NCBI GenBank assembly: GCA_045047305.1
Contig: JASFYO010000027.1
Location: 1-15,327 of the forward strand
DNA: 15,327 bases
Direction: 5' to 3'
Source of the DNA: Planctomycetota bacterium
GTDB taxonomy: Bacteria > Planctomycetota > UBA1135
The notes beneath the pieces are model-generated. The model made no database searches and was not told the origin of the DNA. It saw only the letters and a program-made list of their open reading frames with translations. Shown here piece after piece: positions 8,972 to 15,327 of this stretch. How positions within the stretch are numbered: the stretch's first letter is position 1; every line of letters starts with the position of its first letter. The translations under genes and the position numbers were made by a program.

Positions 8972-9003
8972 CAGTAAATCTCCAATAGCAGAGGAGGGTC
9001 CCT

Positions 9004-9012
9004 TGCTAGTCT
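9004..9012 (+). promoter_or_regulatory. Candidate extended -10 TGcTAGTCT, 7 nt upstream of the COG0523 gene ATG
   Basis: Plus strand reads TG-c-TAGTCT-aagcgcc-ATG; no SD at normal spacing. Confidence 0.5.
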
Positions 9013-9019
9013 AAGCGCC

Positions 9020-10009
9020 ATGACTGACCCCGCACGCGCCCTGCAAACCCCGGTGACTTTGCTTTCCGGATGGCTTGGTGCTGGAAAAACGACCCTCTTA
9101 AATCACCTCTTAGCCAATGACACCGGCACACGCTACGCAGTTTTAGTCAATGAGTTCGGAGAGATTGGGATCGATGACCGGCTCATTCTGCGCAGCTCGG
9201 ATGACATCATTGAATTGGCGAACGGGTGTGTGTGCTGCACCATTCGCGGCGACCTTGTAGAGAGCCTAAAAAAGTTACGGCGCAAACGCTTTCCGTTTGG
9301 TAAACGCCTATCCTTCGACCGCGTGGTGATTGAAACTACAGGCATTGCCGAGCCGGCACCGCTGTTGCGCACCTTTCTGGTCGAAGATGAAATCGCAACC
9401 TACTACTGGGTGCAATCCGTAGTCACCCTAGTTGATGCCGCGAATCTCCAAACTGCCCTGCCACAGCAAAGCGCCGTCGAACAGATCGCATTGGCCGACG
9501 TCCTCGTGCTCAACAAAACCGACCTGGTCGACACCGTGGTAGTGCAACAAGTGCAAGAACGCCTAGTCGGCCTAAATCCCACCGCCGACATCATCACTGC
9601 GACTCAAGCCAACGTTCCTTTACATGCCATCCTCAAAGCGCATGAACGGGAGTTGCCTACCTTGCCCGATACCCCGCTCGATGCACACGCTCCAAATCAC
9701 GCCGGCATCCAAGCCATTTGCATCACAAGCCATGTGCCTCTCGACGAACTAAAAACCCGTTTGTGGCTCGATACCTGTGTGCAACAACTTGGCGAGCGCC
9801 TCGTCCGTTACAAAGGGTTTTTGCATATCTCTGGCTTGCCATACCGTTGTGTGCTCCAAGGCGTTTACGACTTATACAGCGTGGAGGCTCACGGCGAGTG
9901 GTCGAAGGAGCATCCTGCCGCAACCGAACTTGTGTTCATTGGCCACGACTTAGACCGCAGCTTCTTGGAGCGCGGTTTACGCGCCGCGCTTAGTGATTGC
10001 GGCCAATAG
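9020..10009 (+). CDS. COG0523 / CobW-family G3E P-loop GTPase metallochaperone (YjiA/YeiR/ZigA-like)
   Basis: GWLGAGKTT, VNEFGEIGID, metal-binding NGCVCC, IETTGIAEP, NKTD, and a CobW_C domain (RYKG...QGV...LVFIG). Confidence 0.93.
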   Translation: MTDPARALQTPVTLLSGWLGAGKTTLLNHLLANDTGTRYAVLVNEFGEIGIDDRLILRSSDDIIELANGCVCCTIRGDLVESLKKLRRKRFPFGKRLSFDRVVIETTGIAEPAPLLRTFLVEDEIATYYWVQSVVTLVDAANLQTALPQQSAVEQIALADVLVLNKTDLVDTVVVQQVQERLVGLNPTADIITATQANVPLHAILKAHERELPTLPDTPLDAHAPNHAGIQAICITSHVPLDELKTRLWLDTCVQQLGERLVRYKGFLHISGLPYRCVLQGVYDLYSVEAHGEWSKEHPAATELVFIGHDLDRSFLERGLRAALSDCGQ

Positions 10010-10184
10010 TTTCGAGATCCTGCTCCTTTTGCGGGCGCAAGTCTACATCGAAACGTGGCGCCGGAGCCTTTTCGAACTCTGTCGATGACGAAAAGCTAAC
10101 CCGTTGGGTAGGGCCTCCATCGTCCTTAAGCACCGGCCCAGTACAAGCGCCGCACAGCATCATCAAAATCAAAACGCGCTTCAT
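9990..10184 (-). CDS. Small (64 aa) putative lipoprotein of unknown function
   Basis: MKRVLILMMLCGA-C signal with a lipobox-like Cys. ATGA overlap with the rnd stop (10181-10184) indicates translational coupling. It fills the gap between rnd and the COG0523 gene. Confidence 0.65.
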   Translation of the reverse strand: MKRVLILMMLCGACTGPVLKDDGGPTQRVSFSSSTEFEKAPAPRFDVDLRPQKEQDLETIGRNH

Positions 10185-11359
10185 GCTTTCTCCGGGTCGG
10201 GCAGTTGCTCTAAGGCTGCGAGCAAGGAAGTCTCCAAATTCTCTCGTTGCCAGTCGTTCAGCGGCACCACCTGCATGAGCTCCTCGCTATTCTGCGGCAG
10301 AGCTTTCCCAATGGCCTCTAAATGACGACGGTGCATCAAGCGCTCACTTGGCAAATCCAATTCGCGCGCGGCCCGTTTCCGCCAATCTCGGAGGGCGTCC
10401 ATGTTTTCACGCTGCACCTTGCGCCGGCGACGTTCTTCCGGAGAAACCTTCGGCACATTGGTTTCAATCCGCTTGCCTTCTGCAGAGCCAAGCGCAGCAA
10501 GCATTTCCTCGCCGTAGCTTTTTGCCTTCTTCCAGCCAACACCTTTCACTTCCGCTAACTGTTTACGATCCTTCGGCGGACGCACCGCCATATCCACCAA
10601 GGATTGATTACCAAGTACACGGAATAAGGGGATGTCGCGGCTTTCGGCAACCGATTCGCGCCAATCAAAAATCGCTTTCAAGCTGGCCAGCGCCTCGGGG
10701 CTTAAACCACGGGCGCCTTTGATTTTGCGATAACGTTCTGGGGCTGGCGGGCCAGGAATCAAAATCTCGCGCTCTTGGCGTTCAAACTCGCCATAAGCAG
10801 CGCCCGTCATACCTGCCTCCTCTAGTTCTTTCACCAAACGACCGTGAAGCTCGACTAAAAAGTGAGTATCAATCCGCGCATAAGCAATTTGCTCTTCCGT
10901 TAGCGGACGTTGGCCCCAGTTCGAGCGTTGCTCTTTCTTCGACAACTCAATGCCGTAGTAGCTCTGAATTAATGCGGCCAAGCCAGTTTTGTCGTGGTGC
11001 AATAAGGTCATGGCGACTTGGGTGTCGAACATGCCGCGGACTTCTACATCTAAATCCTTACGCAGAATCATCAAATCGAATTCTGCTGCGTGGAAAATCT
11101 TCACTACGTCTGGATTCGCAAGCAGTGGATTGATCAGCTTTAGGTCCTCACCTAGAGCAATCGGATCCACAATATAGTCCTCGCCGTCTGCAGTGACTTG
11201 CAGCAAACACATGCGCTCGTGATAGGCGAAAAAGGAGTTCGCTTCAGTGTCGACACCAATGATGCCAGCCTTCTCCCAAATCTCGATCGCTCTTCTCAGA
11301 GTATCGACATCATCAACCCGGCGAACCGGGGACCAATCTGCGGGAATCCTATCTGGCAT
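10181..11359 (-). CDS. rnd: Ribonuclease D (DEDDy 3'-5' exonuclease with HRDC domains)
   Basis: ExoI VDTEANS, ExoII HAAEFD, FDTQVA, ExoIII YARID, SNWGQRPL, HRDC WRESVAESRDIPLFRVL, and a second HRDC-like unit (LRDWRKRAARELDLP). Confidence 0.92.
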   Translation of the reverse strand: MPDRIPADWSPVRRVDDVDTLRRAIEIWEKAGIIGVDTEANSFFAYHERMCLLQVTADGEDYIVDPIALGEDLKLINPLLANPDVVKIFHAAEFDLMILRKDLDVEVRGMFDTQVAMTLLHHDKTGLAALIQSYYGIELSKKEQRSNWGQRPLTEEQIAYARIDTHFLVELHGRLVKELEEAGMTGAAYGEFERQEREILIPGPPAPERYRKIKGARGLSPEALASLKAIFDWRESVAESRDIPLFRVLGNQSLVDMAVRPPKDRKQLAEVKGVGWKKAKSYGEEMLAALGSAEGKRIETNVPKVSPEERRRRKVQRENMDALRDWRKRAARELDLPSERLMHRRHLEAIGKALPQNSEELMQVVPLNDWQRENLETSLLAALEQLPDPEKA

Positions 11360-11367
11360 CCGGCGGG

Positions 11368-11376
11368 ATTCTAACA
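11368..11376 (-). promoter_or_regulatory. Candidate extended -10 TGtTAGAAT, 8 nt upstream of the rnd ATG
   Basis: Minus strand reads TG-t-TAGAAT-cccgccgg-ATG; no SD. Confidence 0.55.
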
Positions 11377-11395
11377 GAGTGGCCCCAACTCCAAT

Positions 11396-13204
11396 TCATC
11401 GCAAAGTGATGAACATTGGCGTGGTCACAGCTGCCTCGGAGAAAGTGTTGTTATGCACCTCTGCGCGGTACCAGCAGCTCGAAGAGGGCAAAAAATCTGG
11501 GACCTGTAAAGTGCCTGCGCCGGTTAATCCAGTTGCGGAATGGATGATGGTCTCACCCACGCCGACTTCACCGCGGTAAACGGTCAAGGTAGAGCCCGTT
11601 AGGTCTAGGTTGTAGCTGACGTCGATAAAAACCGGAAAGTTGGGCGGAATGCGTGAGCCAGGCACCGCCACCTTGCCGCCCATCGGCAATCCACGGGAAC
11701 CTCCATCGCTGAGCGTCGCCTCCAAGAAAGGCCCGTTTGAGATATAGCTATTCCCACCGCGGAGAGCGGAAGTCAGGGTGGTTTGATCCAAGACACCAGG
11801 CACAAAGGTGTGAATGGCGCCAAAGTTGTAAGCGCTATCGTGGGTATCGCTTCCCGAATACGGGAAAAGGATCATGCCTTCGGTCATGCGGTCCACCCAC
11901 CAGTTGCGGTGAAAGGGCTGCCAGAAGTTAGCACCTTCCGAGCCATTCCAGACCTCGACACCCCACACGCGTTGGGATTCCTGGCCATGCATCCATCCGG
12001 TGCTGTTGTAAGCCCAGAAATCAGAAGCCGGGTGGTGCGCCACCGCAAAGCCACCCTCGGCGTTAATGGCCTGGGTGTTGGCACCTTGATCCCCCATCGG
12101 TGAATCACAGAAATCGAGGAAGCCATCGCGACCACCCAGTTTGCGCGAAGTGATGTTGTGAGCGCCCATGTGGTGCACGTCGTAATCGCCAAAACCTAAA
12201 GCGCAAAGGAGATCAGCACTGTCGTTGCCGGTTTGAGGCCCCAATTCTGCGCCAGAGACTTCGGTGCTGGCCAGCATGACAAAGGAAGGGTCGGACAAGG
12301 TCGACGACTCGGTTAGCACAGCATTGAACTCGGTGTCAGAGTTGATGCAATAAGAGTGAGTCGTGGAGCTAAAAAAGTCAAAACCGATGGCCTGAAACTG
12401 GTTCTTCAACTGCGCGTTGGAGAAAGATCCGGTGATGTTGGTGGATTCGGCGGCACAAGAATCACAGCCGTTAATGGCTTCATCGCGGCAGTTGTGCACA
12501 TGCATATCCCCGGTAATCCACGCTCCGACTCCCCGACCGTAGGACCAGTGCCCTGGAGGCGGTGGCAAAAACGGACGAATGAGGCTGATCGTGGTGGCGA
12601 AACTCGTTTGCTGCAAATTTCCACTTCCATCATTCCAGCGCACGCGAATCTCGTATGGGACAAGGTCTCCGACTTGTGGTTCGAAGCCAAATAGGCGGTC
12701 CAAGTCCACCATAAAGGGAGCATCGTAAAGCTGGGGGGCACCAGTTGTCTTTAACGCCTCCACGCCATCAATCACCCGACGCATTCCCTCTGCCTCTGCT
12801 TCCGGGCCGATGTCCGCGCGATCCTCAAGTGGGATATAGAGACGATTGGTGTGGCGGTGGCTGAAGTCGGGGTTTACCCGCTCCATGTCCATGTAAATTT
12901 CACGCACGACACCTCCATCGCCTTGCAAAGGAAGATCTTCGAGACTCGTTTGCGAGAGAATTTCACCTTCCGGGGTCATGATGCTCAAATCTAGCAAGCG
13001 CACGGTGGCATTGCCCGGGTTGTAGAGCTGGACCTGCATCGGCACCGACAAATCGGTGCGGCGGACCTCATGAATCAGGCCAAAAGGAAGAATTTCGACG
13101 GTAGATGGGCCGAATTCGAGATTTTTGGAGCCAGCATCCACTTGAGTTAACAAGCCAACCGCAAGAGCACCGCCACAAAGCAGGGGGAGAAAAACACGAC
13201 GCAT
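11396..13204 (-). CDS. Secreted PHP-domain metallohydrolase (CehA/McbA-like) with an uncharacterised N-terminal domain
   Basis: Signal peptide MRRVFLPLLCGGALAVGLLTQVDA. PHP motifs GDMHVH, STTHS, STEVS, HHMGAH, VAHHP, GVEVWNG, SGSDTH; family-typical SYISNGP and C-terminal WYRAEV...TTPMF. Confidence 0.8.
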   Translation of the reverse strand: MRRVFLPLLCGGALAVGLLTQVDAGSKNLEFGPSTVEILPFGLIHEVRRTDLSVPMQVQLYNPGNATVRLLDLSIMTPEGEILSQTSLEDLPLQGDGGVVREIYMDMERVNPDFSHRHTNRLYIPLEDRADIGPEAEAEGMRRVIDGVEALKTTGAPQLYDAPFMVDLDRLFGFEPQVGDLVPYEIRVRWNDGSGNLQQTSFATTISLIRPFLPPPPGHWSYGRGVGAWITGDMHVHNCRDEAINGCDSCAAESTNITGSFSNAQLKNQFQAIGFDFFSSTTHSYCINSDTEFNAVLTESSTLSDPSFVMLASTEVSGAELGPQTGNDSADLLCALGFGDYDVHHMGAHNITSRKLGGRDGFLDFCDSPMGDQGANTQAINAEGGFAVAHHPASDFWAYNSTGWMHGQESQRVWGVEVWNGSEGANFWQPFHRNWWVDRMTEGMILFPYSGSDTHDSAYNFGAIHTFVPGVLDQTTLTSALRGGNSYISNGPFLEATLSDGGSRGLPMGGKVAVPGSRIPPNFPVFIDVSYNLDLTGSTLTVYRGEVGVGETIIHSATGLTGAGTLQVPDFLPSSSCWYRAEVHNNTFSEAAVTTPMFITLR

Positions 13205-13441
13205 GTTCTCATTCTGCCATGGAATTCGCCTTAAATCTTAGAAAATGGCATTCCACTTCGCATTCACCTGATAAAACTAAGAGCTGGAGTCAGACCACCT
13301 TCACCCTCGAACCCGCCTAAAAGCCTGGAAAATGGGGAAATTAAGGAACCTGGTCGCCAATTTCAGTGTCCTTTTAATACACAGCTGTTGGTACTTCCCC
13401 CCAGCAGGCTCCGAAACCTCCCTAGACCCTAATAAATAGAG

Positions 13442-13978
13442 ATGAAAACATTGCGCTGGCTTTTAGCAGCGGCATCCGTGCTCCTGCTTGTGCAGGCTGG
13501 ATCCGCCTGTATCGAGGAGTTGGACCTCGGAAAGATGATCTCCAAGACTGATTCTGCAGTCCATGGAACCATCACGGATGTACGCACCGTTGCGTTTACG
13601 CCCAAAGACGACGTTCAACTGATTTACACCATTCTGACCGTACAAGGTGAAGACCTTTACTCCGGTCAACAGACCACCGTAGAAGCGGCCTTCTTGGGCG
13701 GCACCTACCAAGGAGAGTCGATGACGGTGACTTCCATGCCGGCACCAGCCGACTACCGCCTAGGCAACGACGTCATCGTTTTCCGCGGCCAAGTCGAAGG
13801 TTGGGGCCCAGAGATTGATCACTGCGTTTACGCAGCGATGGGGGGCATCTACCGCACCGTAAACACCAAACGAGGTGTGGTCGTTCTGGGTAAAGGTAAA
13901 GGCTTTGCCATCGAAGGAAACGTACGCGTCTCCGCTCTGAAGTCCGACATCAGCAATAAGCGCCAGGGGGCAAAGTAA
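13442..13978 (+). CDS. Exported small beta-rich protein; candidate TIMP/NTR-like inhibitor or trans-acting prodomain of the adjacent matrixin
   Basis: 178 aa; signal peptide ending AGSA then Cys23. Stop overlaps the matrixin start (TAATG 13976-13980). The CDS is well supported; the function is inference. Confidence 0.85.
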   Translation: MKTLRWLLAAASVLLLVQAGSACIEELDLGKMISKTDSAVHGTITDVRTVAFTPKDDVQLIYTILTVQGEDLYSGQQTTVEAAFLGGTYQGESMTVTSMPAPADYRLGNDVIVFRGQVEGWGPEIDHCVYAAMGGIYRTVNTKRGVVVLGKGKGFAIEGNVRVSALKSDISNKRQGAK

Positions 13979-15261
13979 TGAAGAACATCCTACGCTTTGG
14001 CATTGGTAGTGCACTCCTTGTGGGGTCCACTTTCCTCGCCATGCCGGAAACCGCTGAAGGCTTTACCACCCTTGGCGGCAATCAGTCCCTAAGCCTCGGC
14101 CAGCGCGACTTCCGTCACTTCAATGAGTTCACCGGCAACGGTAACAACAACACTGTCATCCATAGCAACTGGCCGCAGTACACCGGCGCTGACCTTGCAA
14201 TGTGGAAAGGTGGCGCTGAGTGGAACGCTCGTGCGCACGGCACCGGTCTCGGCGACTCCTCCCAAGGCGTCGTTGGCTCGGGTGTTGCAAACTTCAGCTT
14301 CTTCTGGGAAGGCGCGGCAAACGGTATCGGTGGTACCAATGACAACATCATCTCTTCCATTGGTGGAAGCAGTGGTGGCGTCTTGGCCTACACTGAAACG
14401 CCAATCACCACTGGCTGGCGTATTCGTTTTTACCGCACCGCGTGGAACTGGCAAGACGGCCCTGGAACGGTTAGCTCTGGCATCGACATTCAAGGTGTTG
14501 CTTGTCACGAGCTAGGTCACGCTCTCGGTCTCGGTCACACCACCGTGAACGGCTCAACCATGACCGCATTCATTAGTGGTACCGGTCAAGGTCAGCGTTC
14601 GATTCAGAGCGATGACATTGCTGGTGTTCAGTTCGTTTACGGCAACATGTCGGCCAGCATGCCAAGCATCACCTCCATCACGGGGTCGATGGTTCCTGGC
14701 GGCAACATCACCATTACTGGAACTGGTTTCTCCACCACCAGCAACCGCATCTGGTTGCAGAGCGATGTCCTAAACGGCAACAACTCTGGTGGCGATCACG
14801 CAACCATTCCTAATGTTCCCTCCACCAACGGTGGAACCGTCATTAACGTGACTCTCCCTGCCTCTGGCTGGGAAGGTGGCGCCTTGCACGTCAAGCGCAC
14901 CACAGGTAGCGGCGGTGATTTGCTCTCCGAAAGTCATCCATTCGATGGCGGCGGAGCCGGCACTGGCAACGACACCCTGAACTTCACGGTCTCGAACACC
15001 AATCCGAACACTGGCCAAAGCATCACCTTCTCGTGTGATGGTGGAACTCCATTCGCTGCTTACACCCTTGTATGGGCAAACTCGGATAACAGTCCGTTCT
15101 TTGCCACCTTCAACGGAACGGTAGGAAGTGGAACCACGGATAGCCTTGGTAACTTCAGCTTCAGCCGCATCGTGCCTAACGGCGCAGCAGGTCGCACGGT
15201 TTACATGGAAGCTCAGATCCTGAGTGAAGACTCCAACACCGTCCAGGTTAGTGTGAACTAA
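13978..15261 (+). CDS. Secreted matrixin-family (M10A, MMP-like) zinc metalloprotease with IPT/TIG domain and C-terminal beta domain
   Basis: HELGHALGLGH = HExxHxxGxxH (14506-14538), Met-turn STM (14554-14562), DDIAGVQFVYG matching the MMP C-terminal helix, GGVLAY. IPT-like PSITSI...PGGNITITGTGF from 14659. Signal peptide ending ETAEG. SD-like AGGGGG at 13965-13970. Confidence 0.92.
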   Translation: MKNILRFGIGSALLVGSTFLAMPETAEGFTTLGGNQSLSLGQRDFRHFNEFTGNGNNNTVIHSNWPQYTGADLAMWKGGAEWNARAHGTGLGDSSQGVVGSGVANFSFFWEGAANGIGGTNDNIISSIGGSSGGVLAYTETPITTGWRIRFYRTAWNWQDGPGTVSSGIDIQGVACHELGHALGLGHTTVNGSTMTAFISGTGQGQRSIQSDDIAGVQFVYGNMSASMPSITSITGSMVPGGNITITGTGFSTTSNRIWLQSDVLNGNNSGGDHATIPNVPSTNGGTVINVTLPASGWEGGALHVKRTTGSGGDLLSESHPFDGGGAGTGNDTLNFTVSNTNPNTGQSITFSCDGGTPFAAYTLVWANSDNSPFFATFNGTVGSGTTDSLGNFSFSRIVPNGAAGRTVYMEAQILSEDSNTVQVSVN

Positions 15262-15282
15262 GCTTTTCGGTCCTTTGGACAC

Positions 15283-15316
15283 AGCAGGCCAGGCATTTTG
15301 CCTGGCCTGCTTTTTT
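15283..15316 (+). terminator. Rho-independent terminator of the partner-matrixin operon
   Basis: Perfect 13-bp inverted repeat AGCAGGCCAGGCA-ttt-TGCCTGGCCTGCT running into a T6 tract, starting 22 nt after the stop. Confidence 0.93.
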
Positions 15317-15327
15317 ATCACTGGCAA

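Noticed and set aside
8986..9008. CIRCE (HrcA) element
   Set aside because: Only the TAGCA/TGCTA ends match; the inner CTC/GAG arms are missing and the spacing is 2 nt short.
8959..9021. ORF-track start at 9021 for the di-heme gene
   Set aside because: Overlaps the divergent gene start and buries the lipoprotein signal; ATG 8958 fits better.
9020..10009. Gene symbol cobW (cobalamin biosynthesis)
   Set aside because: No cob genes or B12 riboswitch in the window; subfamily cannot be assigned by eye.
13216..13250. Inverted repeat TGCCAT-N23-ATGGCA upstream of the PHP gene
   Set aside because: Six-bp arms with a long spacer are expected by chance; no matching regulator recognised.
14089..15327. 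Long alternative ORFs over the matrixin (14089-14508 -, 14123-14515 +, 14770-15327 -)
   Set aside because: Explained by the biased Gly/Thr/Asn codon usage of the real gene; 14770-15327 would also read through the terminator.

Overview
Gene-dense bacterial chromosomal window with no rRNA, tRNA, CRISPR or mobile element seen. The HEAT-VWA protein, FG-GAP surface protein and secreted proteins with small beta-rich C-terminal domains suggest a planctomycete-like organism (inference only). Eleven CDSs in order: a secreted 7x FG-GAP propeller protein missing from the supplied ORF track because it runs off the left edge (-); tryptophanase (-); exported HEAT-repeat/VWA protein (+); priA (-); a lipoprotein di-heme bCcP/MauG-family enzyme (-); a COG0523 metallochaperone GTPase (+); a 64-aa lipoprotein (-); RNase D (-); a secreted PHP metallohydrolase (-); and a translationally coupled pair of a small exported beta-protein and a matrixin (MMP-like) protease (+), closed by an intrinsic terminator. 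Best leads: (1) the matrixin has no cysteine-switch propeptide, and its partner is predicted to mature to an N-terminal Cys with a TIMP/NTR-like pattern, a candidate bacterial MMP-TIMP or trans-prodomain system; (2) the di-heme enzyme has His where bCcP has Met and MauG has Tyr as heme ligand; (3) five or six genes have a -10 box 6-9 nt before ATG and no SD, suggesting leaderless mRNAs; (4) PriA carries a clamp-binding-like QGSLF motif; (5) two unrelated secreted proteins may share a C-terminal domain.
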